A stretch of DNA of 63,461 nucleotides, counting the filler, from Choristocarpus tenellus KU-1152 (taxonomy: Eukaryota > Protista > Phaeophyceae), in the NCBI GenBank assembly GCA_964200185.2. It is 13 parts of 13 records of this genome, joined end to end, with 100 filler letters (N's around TTAATTAATTAA, not from the genome) between each part and the next. Parts side by side here need not be neighbours in the genome. Positions count along the whole stretch, not along the records: positions 39,205 to 42,464 come from CAXNAD020021203.1; positions 42,565 to 46,169 come from CAXNAD020018995.1; positions 46,270 to 49,143 come from CAXNAD020024017.1; positions 49,244 to 55,628 come from CAXNAD020008250.1; 9 more parts are not named here. One strand, 5' to 3'. A program made the position numbers and the translations under genes. Under the pieces are notes generated by a model. The model made no database searches. It had not been told where the DNA came from and saw nothing but the letters and a program-made list of their open reading frames with translations. This document shows, in pieces, positions 39,205-53,000 of the stretch (position 1 is the first letter of the stretch; each line of letters opens with the position of its first letter).

Positions 39205-42200
39205 CCCCGTGACTGCCGGGGTGTCATTCCAGACGACCGCACTGCCCCCCCCCCCCCCCCCCCTGACCCAACACCCAACAATCCTAACCCCAGTCTGCTC
39301 CTGGAAGCGCTGCGAGAAGAACGACCACCAGGAGTCTCTGACCTCATACGACTATCCACCCATGGATGCCACGGTTGCCATGCCAGTAGGAGGCCCTGTA
39401 TGTGGATCTTATCCACTGCATTAGGTAGCTGACATCCCACCAGGGCAGTCTGCGGTGTTGGTCCCTCAGTAGCCCCTGTGGCAGCAGATAAGGCAGACAT
39501 TACGTTCACAGGGCTTACCTCTGCCACCCCTGCAGCCTCTGAGTCTACAGCCTTGCAGGCCGCCATCACAGCCTCAATTTCCTTATGTGAAGAGGATAAG
39601 GATGCAGCAGGCTTCCCCTTACCTCCCATCGCGGGCGCTGTCTTGTCAACAACCGTCTCAAACAGGGCCGTGAGCGCCAGCATAGGCTGGCTAGCGAGGC
39701 TGTTGACAGAGCCTGAACTGAACCCCGTAGGGCGTCGCTTGGAACCAGCAGCCTCTGCACGCTCTCGCCTCAGTGTGCTCACACGCTCATGATGGACTGC
39801 AGCACATAGTGAAACCACAAGAGAGTCAAGGACTTCTGATGCGGCTGCCCTGCAAGCAAGAGCATCTTCCAAGGGCGGAGCACTATCATCTGCATCCACC
39901 TTTGTCACTGCCACCACGCCCCTCTCAGCCCTTCGGTGCCGCCATGACGGCATCTGCTCAACAATCAGCCCAACACGACCCATGGGTGAGATGCACGAGC
40001 GACAAGCTTGAACTATCCCTTCCACGGTTGATGACGCCACAGTATCACCCCCCCCCCATTTGCGTTCAGCTAGACGTGTCTCTGACGGCATGTTCAGGTT
40101 AATTGGGGTGGGTATCTCACCCTGTGCTATGGCCTGTACACTCTCCTGCAGCGTGCGCACCGCAAAACAAGCCAACCTAACTGGGAGGGGCCGAGCAGGA
40201 AGCAAGCGCGGCTGCAGGCTCTGCATTCCCTCTGCACCAGACCCTACCCCCATGTTGCGGTCAGTGGGTGTTGGACGTGGCCTGAGAGCTGCCTGCAGCT
40301 GGGCCCGTCCTGGTAGGGAGGCAAGCACACAGCCACAGAGCCAACACGTTAGTGCCAAGGACAAGACATTCTTCGACCCCGGCATACTCTCACCGCCTGG
40401 CTCTGGTTCTAATGAGGCAAACATCCAGCTCATGTCGTCAATGAGCTCCACCGTCAGGCCTGCAGGATCCCAAAGCGCAAAACCTGCAGAGCCATCAATC
40501 AGAGGGACAAGCTCCGTCAATGGTGGGGGCCCCTCAACCCTGCCGCTTGCCCCCCCCCTACCTACCCCCCAGGTCGCCACAGCCCCCGCAACACCTACAT
40601 GATCTGAGTCAACCGATGATAATCGCCTGTCTTTCTCTCCCCCCCCTCCATCCCCAGGGACTCGTAGCTGCAAGTGGAGGGAAGGGTCGGCCATGTGGGC
40701 CTCAAACGCTCCCAGCACAGCCTTCGCCAGTGCACCAACCACCCTCTGTGCCCTGCCTGATGCTTCCCTCGACCGTTCATGCTCCCTAGGTCCCTCCTGG
40801 TTCATAGTACCCCTCTCCCGCGATAGCAATCCTGTTTTGTTGCGCTGGCGGACTGCCCTTACCGCTCTCGCCACAATCGAAAGCATGCTCCCCAGACCAG
40901 CAGGTGATGACACTGCCCCCGTCACTGTCCCCAGTGTCTCCAATCCACCTGTTCGCCGTTGCCCAGGTGGGTTAATGCCTGCCATCCCTACACCATACCC
41001 ATGAGTGCTACTCGGCTCACGGGACCAGCGAGCCATCGCAAAGGCAGCTTCCCTTGAATCCCTTGTGCCACCTTGCTCTGGCAAAATGTGACCCTTGCCA
41101 ACTCCTGCACCCTGCCAAGAGACATGTGATGCAGTAATGCCAGCAATTCAAGCATTGAAATAATATACAAGGATATATTCCATTGCTGTGGCATCTTCAC
41201 TTGCAATCCGGTTAAAAAAATGTTTTAAGAGGGAGGTGAACAGCAGAAGCTAAGCAGCATAGGCCTTCATCAATGAAAACCCTCAAAACATCAAATTTGA
41301 ACATACCCTTCACCTACATCTAAGTCCAATATATATATATATATATATAATATACATACATAAGCCAATGATCCTGAAGTACCACATCAAATAGAAACAT
41401 CAATACTCTCACCTCCTCATCTTCCTCAACCTCATCCCCATCCTCTTTTTCTGCTCCAGTCCCTCCACCCCCAACCTCTTCACCCCCTTCCACCTCCATC
41501 TCCATGCTGTCCAATTTAGTGGCACCTGTGCTGGCTATCCCCTCAAACGCAAGCATACCTCCCACGGAACCCTCTCCCACACCTGCAATAATCTGACTTC
41601 CCTCCACCCTCGGTGTTGACCTCAGTGCGTGTCTAGTCACGGGATTAGCGCTGAAGGCTCTCTGAAATACTATCCTCCACTCTGGAGACTCACACAAGGC
41701 TGTGCACCAGCCCAGAAGTCGTGCCCCAAGGCCCTGCTCTGTGCCCAAGGGCAGCCCCTGCTTCTCATGCCGAGCATACATTGATCCCCCATATTGGGCT
41801 TGAGGGAACATAGAACTCAGACCATATCGCCGCCTGCTGCTTCCACTACCTCCACCTTTCACACCCTTACCCCCAACCATGACACTGTCACTGTTGTCAC
41901 CAACACCCAAACCCACACCACCAATTACACCAGAACCCACACCACCGGCAACAGCTGAGCCCACGTGCTCAATAGTACCCTTCAGTTGTTGTCGAATGCC
42001 ACCACTGATGCCAAAGGCCTCATCATCCAGGGGGGGTATGTCCCTGGCCAGCCAATTGCAGAAAGACCGTGGAAGTCTCTTATTACCCCCACCACCACTG
42101 CTGCTGCTGCCACCTAACCCAGGTGGTGCAGATGCTGTGAGCTTCTCAACCAACACCACAGCAAAGAGCACATCACCGGGGAGAAGTCCTAGCTCAATCC

Positions 42201-42210
42201 CCAACTCTAG
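39205..42210 (-). CDS. Large Gly/Ala/Ser-rich hypothetical protein, two long exons (partial)
   Basis: Exon about 42210-41413 (ends EEDEE|gtgag) splices in phase 0 to exon 41111-39205 (ggcag|GAGVGKG..., more than 630 codons open to the contig end); GC-rich coding composition; no domain recognised. Confidence 0.8.
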
Positions 42211-43452
42211 TACACTTGTGTCAAAAATTCCAGGGGAGAAAGGGAACGTGAGAAGGGTGCTTTCAGGAAAATCATGGCACTAGTACATTATGGCATTGTA
42301 AATAGTTCAGGTTTGCTGCATCCATACATCGTATTCACCCACTCCTCATCCTCTTTGACCCTAACCCTAACCCAATTGGGGCTGCCATAATATCGCACCT
42401 ATCAACTTCGTTGTGGTTCAAGCGATTCAATTCTGCTCCACTATACACACAATATGCTCAACACNNNNNNNNNNNNNNNNNNNNNNNNNNNNNNNNNNNN
42501 NNNNNNNNTTAATTAATTAANNNNNNNNNNNNNNNNNNNNNNNNNNNNNNNNNNNNNNNNNNNNCTGTGCCCCCAGTCAACCAGAATTCTCCCGCCCATA
42601 AAACTCAGTTTACTTCATAAACTCTCACACTGACTCATAGTGTTCATTGATTTTTGTGTCATGTTCAAGATACGCTTTCTATACTTAAAACAAGTAAATA
42701 AGTGAATCATAGTGAATTAGTGTGGACGATTGCAAACCCCACACTATAGAAATAATAATGATAGTTTAGGCTAGTCTCACCCACGTATTCAGTCAGTGGA
42801 ATCGAGACCATAAGCTCTCTTGTAATGCTAACGTTGCATATATCTACACCAACCTATTCACCGTCTTTCATCAAATCACCAAAGCCGCGGGTCCAGTGTG
42901 GGATACTTAACAGGAAACTTCTTCGTGATGATCCCCTTCTTCTTGGCCACCTGGGTTGGAGTTTGAGAAGAAAAGTTGAAAGAATTATGGATTGTTTACT
43001 TTGTGAGACCTAATAGGAGAAGTTTCTTGACAATTCCTGACCTGAACTCAAGGCGAATTACCTGAAGTACCACACATGACAGAGAGGATCGTGTCAGGAC
43101 TAGTCCTAGCTGAGGGGGAGGCAGGAACTGAGGATCTCGGCCGTATACGGACTGCAGTAGATACCGTCTCAGGAGGAACATCTGAGGAAAATGCAATTTC
43201 AGAGGAGGATGTTACAACGACAGGAGATATACCCTTGGAGGGGTTTCAAGAGATCGCATCGACCCAGGGGGTCTGTTGAGGAGTGGTCTACGTCAAAGAT
43301 GGTGTAAATGGATGGCGATCGACTGTAGCCCACACAATGTTGGACGAGGATATTGTGGTAACTGATAAGGTTGTCGAATAACCTAGTGATATCCTTACGT
43401 TGTGTGTGCTAATACAAATATATATAGCATATGTTACAGGCAAATAGCGCGA

Positions 43453-43998
43453 GTGTTACAGGTGCCCCTCAGAACTCACCTCCACAGGATGTACAACTCA
43501 AATCCAACGACCTTAAAACGACACTATGGGGGTGTTGCCCTTTACAACAGTTTGTATGGTGTCAGATAGCCTTCTCTTGATACTCCACTCAGAGCTTAGC
43601 TCAAAGCTTGACTCAATGTTTTGTTCAAAAGGTAAGACTGGTAGGTAAGTGGGCTGGCTTTGGCCGAAATCCCTCTTATTATTTTCATCATCCACCCAAT
43701 TTATTTTTGGTCTTCTATGCAACTGTTGCATAGAAGACCAAAGAAATTGGGTGGATGATGAAAATAATAAGAAGGACTTTTGGTCAAAATCCTTTACCCC
43801 TCTTAATCAGTTTTTTTTATCTTGAACTTAACATTGAGTCGAGCTTTGAGCTAAGCACTGGGTGGAGTATCGAGAGAAAATGCTGTCTGACACCCAACAA
43901 ATTGTTATCAAGGGCAACATTCCCATAGCGTCATTTTAAGGTCGTTGGATTTGAGTTACACATCCTGTGGAGGTAAGTTCGAGGGTGCGCTGTAACAC
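43453..43998. repeat. 546-bp fold-back palindrome
   Basis: Termini gtgttacag/ctgtaacac; centre tttggtcttctatgcaac-t-gttgcatagaagaccaaa; arms collinear throughout. Confidence 0.95.
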
Positions 43999-44249
43999 AT
44001 AATTTCATGTACGTTTATCTTTGGTTCGGTACAATGCAAAGTAGTATTAATTCTTATGCTGGTGATAATGGTTGATGGGTGACATTAATAATTTAGTGTT
44101 TACCATGTATCTCAATCAACAGCTTGGGCGACGAAACTTTCATGCACTAAGCTCTTCAACACGCTTATAAGCGCTTACCAACATACTCTAGCTTGAGGAC
44201 GCACAGCCAAACTGGATTGGTGTGGGTTTGGTCTACATCACTCATGGCC

Positions 44250-46124
44250 TCAGATGGGTTTATACCAAATTCCTCCAACTGCGGGAAGACAACTATGCTG
44301 ATTGGTTCGCCACAACGCATGCATTTTTGGGCGCAAAGGGTGACGTCAACGAGGCATTACAAGTCAGGAAGGAACCCATCAGAGTGGGTGGCATTGATTT
44401 CGTCAAGGGGGAAGATGTGAGTGAAGATGAGGTCACCAAGGCCAAGAAAACATGTGATAATAGTGACTGACAGCATATCACTACCCATTATGGATATGGA
44501 CCAACTTGATTTAAATTTCAATGTAGGCCTTAATGAGTGGGTGCAAGTTACTTTAGCAATTGTCACACTAGTCCCAGGTCTAGCCTTCAGTCTACTTCTT
44601 CGCGCTCTGCTGGTATGGTAAAAGACGAAACCATTGAGGGAACTGGTGAGGCATCATACTACAATATATGACGGGGGGGGTCTTCCACTTCTTGTAAAGT
44701 GGGATGGGGATCCATGTACACAGCTCTGATGTTGAAAGACTGGAACCCCAAGATGATACACGTCTTGTTTCTCGACGAAGGACTACCCAAACCCAGGAGA
44801 TAGGGGGTGACGATGACGATGAGGAAATATCTGTATTGAAGAAAGACTAGGTGTGATGATGATGAGTCCGAAACTGCATGGATCGATGATGATGAAGCTG
44901 TAGATGATGATGGCAATGATGGAAATGACGACAGGGATAATGAGACAATGACTATTGACAGCCGAAGAGGCAGGGAACATTGACACCTCAGCACTGGAAA
45001 TAGCGACAACAACACCCTTCCTCATTGAACCAGATCCGGCAATGCCTTAATATTTGTTTTACATGTTTGTCTGTTTCCATTGGGACTACCCTTGCGATGT
45101 GTGCGAGTGATGATTCTATTAGAGTGTTAGCGGGTGAGCTCCCTCGAGAACCCAAGGATGTAAGAGTAGCACATATCTTTCCCGAATGTGATTTATGGGA
45201 TCAAGCTAGAGCAGAAGAGATGTCTGGTTTGTTATTGAATTATGTTTGGGCGGAGGCCGTATTTATTCCCTGGACGCAGGGCAATAGACTCTAAATGGAT
45301 TCACAAGCGTAAGGCTAACAAGTTTGGTGAGGTAGAGAGATTCAAGGCACGTTTGGTAGCAAGAGGTTTTCAACAGATTGAGGGTTTGGATTACCAAGAT
45401 ATCTTTGCTCCAATACCGTCGCCTACGTCTTTGAGAATAGTTTTAGCATTAGCTGCTGACAAAAGACTGTGAATTGAAGCAGCATTGAGATGTCAAGCAA
45501 GCTCTTATCCAGGCAGACATTACTAAATAGAGTTTTGTTCGTTCATGTGATAGATGTGGTACATGGTCACAAAATATTGTGCGTTTAGTGAAAGCTCTTT
45601 ATGGCACCAAACAGGCTAGCAGGAAGTTTAACCATGTTGGTGCACGTCTTGGAACAGTATCGTTTTGAGCAATGCAGAGCAGATCCCTGTGTGTTACGCT
45701 ATGTAAAAGATGGCGTTGTTTGTGCTGTGATAGCCCCCCACGTTGATGATCTTATGGTGGCTGGTACATAAGATGTTTGATTTGGGTTCGCTCTAGGATA
45801 TAGGAGCAGGTTTCAATGTTAAATTTTGGTGACCATGAATACTGTAAGGGTTGTGAGATCTTACGTGACATAATTGCACAGACAGTCAGCATCAGTCGGA
45901 ACAACTACGTTAAGAATATATGCCAAAGATTTGGCATTGATGGGGTAAAGAAGAAGGCGGCAGGCACCCCATGATCTCTCAAGGACTTTAAGAGTGAGGA
46001 TCATCCAAAAGTGTTGATGAAAATACACCGTACAGAGAGGTAGTTGGTAGTTTGATGTAGGCAGCTATTATGACTAGGCTAGACATTGCAAATGCAGTTG
46101 ATGAGGTTGCCAAATACAGTAGTA
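44250..46124 (+). mobile_element. Ty1/copia LTR retrotransposon remnant (gag start and RVT_2 reverse transcriptase), pseudogenised
   Basis: LREDNYADW (gag N-terminus); PGRRAIDSKWIHKRKANKFGEVERFKARLVARGFQQIEGLDYQDIFAP, LVKALYGTKQASR, ADPCV, HVDDLMVAG, PYREVVGSLM*AAIMTRLDIANAV; many stops and frameshifts. Confidence 0.95.
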
Positions 46125-46169
46125 GAGCCAAAGTATCTTAGAGGGTAGAGCCGCGTCCATTTGGGGATC
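46125..46169 (+). mobile_element. MITE family A terminus inserted into the copia RT, truncated by contig end
   Basis: gagccaaagtatcttagagggtagagccgcgtccatttgggg. Confidence 0.9.
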
Positions 46170-46364
46170 NNNNNNNNNNNNNNNNNNNNNNNNNNNNNNN
46201 NNNNNNNNNNNNNTTAATTAATTAANNNNNNNNNNNNNNNNNNNNNNNNNNNNNNNNNNNNNNNNNNNNTCGGCTCTCAATTCACTCCGCCCATGCTTCA
46301 AGAGACCTACACGGTATACTTTACTAACACGAATATCTGCCACATGCTTGCTAATCTGTCGTCT

Positions 46365-49143
46365 CTACATTTCCCTAGCGCCACAATTGGGTCGAAAGTG
46401 TGTGGCGGTAAACCTAACCTGCGTGTTTGTCTCCAGCATTTGCGTAGGAGCCAAAGGTCTCTTCCGTGCCACCGTACTGCTCCGTCCTATATCCGCTTCT
46501 TGGACGGAAGTATGCAAGGGCACCCCCGTACATGCGTCTGCACTGGCAGAGGCCCCCCTCCCCTCCCCCGTACCGATGTTCTCCTTATCTTCATCGTCCT
46601 CGTCGTCCTTGTCTTCCTTCTGCTGCTCCTTGTCCTCCTCCTCTTCATCTTCCTCCTCGTCCTCCTCCTTGTCGTCACCGGTGTTGTCTTCCCTTTCGTC
46701 CCCATTCTCCCCCCCCCTCTCCTCTCCTCGTCCCTTGAATGTATTCTTCCGTCCTTCTATCACAAACCCCCCCTTTCCCTCGCCTCTATAGCAGACCGTA
46801 GAACTGTCAAGACCTTGGTAGGAATCCTTGTGCCGTTCCCAACAAGCTTCTCACAAGTCGAAACAATACCTGCCACGGGTTCCCAGCTTACGTCTTTAAC
46901 CCGCTTCTGTTTCCCAGATCGCCCGGATCTATCACCAGCGTGAATGTAGCCTTCTACAAAACTACTTTTCCCGCACTTCTCAAGGGTCATAAACGCGGCG
47001 TTGTCACGTGTGTGGTCACTGGTGGGCCGAAGCCAGTGAAGATCCATGCCACTCTCCCCGTCCTCACCAACGTGCTCCGCTAGGATCTTGCCAACCAAGA
47101 GCGGCGCCTCCATTTCCACAAAAAAGGCAAAACTCCCTTCCTGCACTGGGACGAGGTTTCTATGGTTCCCCGATGTCAACGTAGCATGAGGCCAACCCCG
47201 TCGACGGGAGTCAGGTTGATCCTTGTCACTGTCCGATGAAGAAGAGTGTTTTTCCTTGAGCCCGCCGAGATCATTGTCACCGCTGATGAGATTATCTCCT
47301 CCACCCGAACGTTCGCCCTGGTTGGTGTCTTCGACGTCGCTGGTACTAGTTCCAGCGCCATCGTCATCGGTGGGAAGTCAATGGACAGTGAGGTCGACCT
47401 CTCGTTCCCTTGTCTTTTTGAGAAGCCGCACAGACTCACTTTGCTCGTGTTTCGCTCTCTGAATGGCTTCATCGCCTGCGAAGGTGGAATCCATGAGCAC
47501 AAGAACATCAACGGTATGGAAGCATAAATGTTACTTTGTAACCAGGCGTGAGGTTTCACGAATGCGCTTGGGGAGCATGCGGTGAGAGGGAGGGTGTATA
47601 TTTCGTCGGAATCGTGTCTGTTGAGTACAAGACCGGTACCCTCAAAACATTTATCGGGGGGTAATCTATGGTACTTTTTATTGTAACATGCGACAATCAC
47701 TACGCATGAGAATACAATAGTTTTCAAGATTGTTTTTCTAAAGGCTGTAATGGCTGCCTCGTACAGAACTTGCACCAGATTTGTTTGGCCGCCACCGAAT
47801 ACCAAAATTTGCTATCAACTCCCCCAACGAAAAAATCGACTTACCCAGTGGGTACGCAGCAGCGAGGTGCTCGTGCGACGCCTGGTACCGCTGCTCCACC
47901 TTCAGGATGACGTCTTCAGGAACGCTCTTGACCTGGTAGGGTGGTGCATCTTGGATACGAGGCAGGTGGCCGATGAAGAGGTCGTGCGGAGGGGCGTTGA
48001 GGTCGATAGCAAGGTCTCCCCCTATCCCACTCCATTCGGTGCTGTGCATGTATCGCTTTATGCTAACCTTCGCCCTCCCATCACCGCCTTTTTCAACGTG
48101 AAAAGCCCTGTAGCTCGTGATATTGGGGACACGGTTGACACGACCGCGAAGGAGTCCCTTGAAGCTTCCCTCGTTCCGTAGGGTCTTGTAATATACTGGA
48201 ACCTCCGTGTACGAGGCCTGCAGCTCTTCACCCAGCTGTGTTTTTGTGAATATGTTCTTCCCTTTTATACCACGTGAGAACCTGAAGGTGAAATGCAAGG
48301 AAGTTAATTTTGAGGCGGGGGCGAAAGAAGCGAAGTGGAGAAGCAAGATATATATGCAGGCACATGCTCCTCAGCATGTATATGGAAGTATAGATATAAA
48401 AAGGGGTGATGCGTACATTTTTTTATTGTTTTGTTTCTACAGTAGTTTACGAAACAAATTTGGCAGCTGCTCTTATCGTTCAATTTTGTTGTGGGGAAAT
48501 CAAAAGCCAATCAATCAATTACAGTGTACGACCATAAACCTTCCATGAATGCAACAAGCGTGAGCTGCAAGCCTCAAGGCAGTATCTGTCCATATAAAAA
48601 CACCATGTGACTATCGAGCTTGCATATCTTGCCTAATTACCTGGAGAAGATCTGATCGATTTTGATGTGCGTGTGCCCCACCATCATAAAATGTATTTCG
48701 ACCACACGAATGACAATCGCCGTGACCAACAGCCCCACATATCCGAGAAATAAATTGTTCTTGTTCTCTGAGACGCAGTTGTCGACCTGGCCAGTTTGGA
48801 GAGTTGGGAGCGAGGGAGGGATAGGCGTGAGGCCGATATGTCAGCCCATTTCGCCGCGTTTCATGGAGGAACAGGGTATGTTTCCAGTACTGCTAGAGCG
48901 CAAGCTCTACATCACCGCCATCATACGTGCAGGTTGCAACACACAAACCAAAACTAAAGACCGTGCAGTTAGAGTTTTGGTGACCGGTATTCAGCGAGTA
49001 TGTGTTGAGTAGATCGTGTCAAGATGAAACTTTCTTACCTGCCAATGCGCATGCAGATGATGTGACTCCCCGAGTGATCGAGGCTGTTGTGGTACTTGTT
49101 GATAAGCCTTGTGAGGGTTAGGTGGGTGACTGTGCAGACAAGA
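46365..49143 (-). pseudogene. Intron-containing Sola-superfamily DDD transposase (DN..ENKN / GHTHxxIDQxFS type), degenerate, 5' truncated
   Basis: Exon 48786-48641 VDNCVSENKNNLFLGYVGLLV...IHFMMVGHTHIKIDQIFSR splices to 48281-47845 (FSRGIKGKNIFTKTQL...NITSYRAFHVEK...KRYMHSTEW) and then to 47475 onward. In-frame TGA at 47380-47378 and a stop/frameshift near 46760. Upstream exon fragment 49143-49039 (LVCTVTHLTL...). Confidence 0.85.
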
Positions 49144-49292
49144 NNNNNNNNNNNNNNNNNNNNNNNNNNNNNNNNNNNNNNNNNNNNTTAATTAATTAAN
49201 NNNNNNNNNNNNNNNNNNNNNNNNNNNNNNNNNNNNNNNNNNNAAAAAAATCCAAATCCCCCCCCCTTTATCCCCCCCCCCCCCCCCCACAG

Positions 49293-49971
49293 GTAACCTC
49301 CCTCTTCGAGCCCGTACATACCATGCCCCCGGGGGAGCCCGTGTCGAGATGTCAGGCGACCGCAATCGGAAAGGAGCAAGAGTCAGATGAAGGGACACAG
49401 CTCGGAGAGGCGTTGAATCAAGCACGCACCTGCCTGGAAGGTGGGCAGTGGAAGAGCAGCAGGGAAGCATTTGCGGTGCTGGGCAAGGGCAGGTTTTCTA
49501 CAGTTGTTCGAGCGCGGAGGCGTTTACCTTCTGTTGCCGGGGGGGATGAGCCCAGGGTGTGTGCTCTCAAGGTGGGGTGGTGTGTGTGGGTGTAAGAGTG
49601 CGGTGTGATTGGTTTATTGGGGTTAGGGGGTTAGAGTTAGGGGGTGGGTTTAGGGTTAGGGTTAGGGTTTTTTGTTTTTCAGTTAGATCCTGTTGTTTGT
49701 GTACATCCTTGTTCAGCCTAGGGCATTGATGGTTGTGATTTTAAATGACTCCCTCCCCGTGGCAAGTGACAGTGCCCTTACACTAACCTGAATAGAACTG
49801 CTTTATTTGTCGTTTACCCCTCCCCCCCCCCCCCCCCCCCCACCCCACACCAACCCACCCCCGTTCCACAAACCATACATTTTATAATGTACGTTTTACN
49901 NNNNNNNNNCCCCCCCGGCACACTGACAGCCCCCTCCCACACCCCCAAACCAACCCTTTTTTTTTTTCTTT

Positions 49972-50002
<31 letters not shown>

Positions 50003-53000
50003 ATACTTCCATGAGATATGTTGCTCATTCTATCCTGTAATGAATCTTCTCAGACACCGCCCCCCCCCTGCTGCCCCCCCCATGCAATTCTCATTCCTAT
50101 TATTTGTTATTGTTACTGTTATTATTTTATTTTTGGGATGCCCCTGTACTGTACATGCCATATTACACATTTTTCGTGCAAAATAAAATAACAAAGAACG
50201 ATCTCTATTATTTCAATATGAAATGGTGTGTGCGTGCGTGTGCATGTGCGTGTGTTATGGCGCGCAAGATCGTGAGCAAGAAGGCGTTCTGGAAGCTTGT
50301 CGTGGAGGGCCGAGAACGAAGCGATACCTTGTCGAGGGAGTTACTCTGCCAGACAATTCTCACGGCAAAGACAGCCGTAACTCAATCAGCCCCTTCCGCA
50401 GTGATCCCTGAAGGCATCGGTGATGATCATGATATTGGACATGATGGGAGGGGGGAAATAGAGAGCAGTCCTGGGAGAGAGACAAGGGGGTGGCAGGGGG
50501 CAGGAATGGAGGGTGAAGGAGGGGGTGTAGGGCAGGGAGATGAATCGCACCGGGTGGATTGGGGAGGGGTGACCCCTCTCTATACTGTGCTGGAGACGGT
50601 GAATGAGCTGGTGAGAAGAGGGGTTTTGTGGTCGACCGTGTGATTTGGAGGTGATGTGAGCGTGTGTGTAATATGTTGGCTAGTAGTCCTTCAAGTCTAG
50701 GGATTTGAGTTTTGCAAAGCCAAGTGGTTGGGAGTGTGTGTGGATATGTGATGTGCAATTGATATGCAAACATTCGATATATATATCTATATATCTATAT
50801 AGATATATATAGATATATATCGACATATTTCTGTGTGTGTGTGCGATTAAAGTGTTCCGTTTCTATCACATGACACTGCGTTGGAGTAGTCCTGGTTGTT
50901 GTTTGTTACAATTTGATTGGTCGAGACATTATTTTAGCAGCCGGAACGTGGACGCTCACACAGATACATATAAATATTCAGAGTTGTCTAATGGGGTCAA
51001 GGCTCGTTGCCTTCGGGTTCCTATCTTGAATTTGAGTTGGAGTCTGTACTTGATAGTTGCTTTCATTTACAGTAGCACAAGGTGGACAAATCGAACCGGC
51101 GAAAATTCTATCTCCATGTGTTACACTAATATGTACTAGTATGTACTAATATGTACTAGTATGTACTAATGTGTACTAATATGTACTAATGTGTACTAGT
51201 ATGTACTAATGTGTACTAATGTGTACTAATATGTACTAGTATGTACTAATGTGTACTAATGTGTACTAGTATGTACTAGTATGTACTAGTATGTACTAAT
51301 ATGTACTAGTATGTACTAATGTGTACTAATGTGTACTGATATGTACTAATATGTACTAGTATGTACTAATGTGTACTAGTATGTACTAATGTGTACTAAT
51401 GTGTACTAGTATGTACTAATATGTACTAGTATGTACTAATATGTACTAATGTGTACTAGTATGGGTCCACTTCCTTCGGCTTGATTGTGCACAATGACCC
51501 TGAATGCGTTGCATTGAAGTTGATTTGACTGGGACAGTCCAAGAAAAAGAGTGGGGCAGTGCAAGGCCATGGTGTGAGGTACTAGATTGCTTATCCCTTG
51601 TAAGCTGGCCTTACTACACCAAGATTTTGACATTCCTATGTCAGACGAAGTAGCTGCCGGAACAGGCCTAAAACACAAAAAACATCCCCACCAACTTGTC
51701 CTGGGATGCTTGTCATGTTGACTGGCTAACCAACTTCACTGTCTCAAGGACCGACTTAGAACATTTATTTAGTATTCTGAGCAGTGATATTTTAGTTGAA
51801 GAAAGTTGTAGTGCTCTGGTTGGTCCCAAGGAGAATGCATTGGCTCCTGAGTGATAGTAATAATAAAATTGATTGTCAAGATGTTGATATTAGTAGTAGT
51901 AACGATAATGTAATATTAATATTAGTAGTATTGGGATTGTGGGAGAACTTGCAGGGTGAACACGTTCTATTGATTGGCTCAATTTGATGATAATAGTAGT
52001 AGTAGTAGTAGTAGTAGTACCATTGGGCTTATGCAAGAGTTTGCAGGGCGAACATGTCCTATTGATTGGCTCTGTTTGACTTACTACCACTTTCTGTTGA
52101 GTTATCTCGACTATTCTGATGGATGGAGGCAAAAATATTTTCATATCATACCCCCCCTCCCCCCCCCAATCTCCTTCCTCAGTGCAATCGACCTCTATTT
52201 CATTGTTCTTTTAAAAAAAAATCTTTGGCATTAAAAACAAACAAACTGTTGTTGTGGTTGTTTATTGTTGTTGAAACTCGAAACGGTCTGAGACAGGTTC
52301 TAGAAGTGGAGATAATGTCCGGCGGAAATGTTTATGACTGGCTCAACCAATGGGGTGTGCCTAGCGACAAAGATGCTGCCGGACTTATACGCAATGTCCT
52401 CAAAGCGGTGAGGGGGGGGGGAGGGGGGTTGGGATTGAAGATGAAGTCTTTGTACAAGAAAACGGTGCAGCAGGTTGTTAGTGGGAGGGGCGGGGAGTCA
52501 TGGTGCGACGTGGCAGTAGTTTGAAGTAGGATAGGAGTATCAACCACGATAAGGTGTACCTTCACCTAGAATTTCTGTGGGGTGCTTACTGATTGCATCA
52601 GTTACATTTTTTTTTTGTCTTGTACTGTTTGTGATGGGAAAATATATATACATATATTTGCTTTCTATTTTCATAGTGATACTGCTTTAGTTTAATGGTT
52701 TATTTTGTAACCCCCAATTATACGTGACATTTATGTGTTGGTTCTTGTATTGGGAGGATGGCGCCAAGGATTTACTGTCTCTATTTAGAAGTGACCTGAG
52801 GGATCGATGGCAAGAGACAATCGCATGAGTAAGGTACTTCAATGTAGCATTGGATGTGCTATGTCTCTCATGGGGAGTACCGGGGCTGTTACTGCCACAG
52901 TATTCAAGTGATTTGTTTTGTACGACAACTGATCAAAGGACCTTGTAGTACTTTGATGGCCTTTCAATCACACTTTCAAGGATTGGCAGTAGACTCTTAC

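Noticed and set aside
46293-46943. Plus-strand hydrophobic or Ser-rich ORFs
   Set aside because: Antisense shadows of the acidic low-complexity transposase tail.
47176-47805. 209-aa ORF as a separate gene
   Set aside because: It spans an intron and is out of frame with the spliced transposase exon starting at 47475.
51121-51462. 10-bp repeat with two binary variable positions, possibly a code-like array
   Set aside because: Consistent with ordinary minisatellite slippage in a kinase intron.
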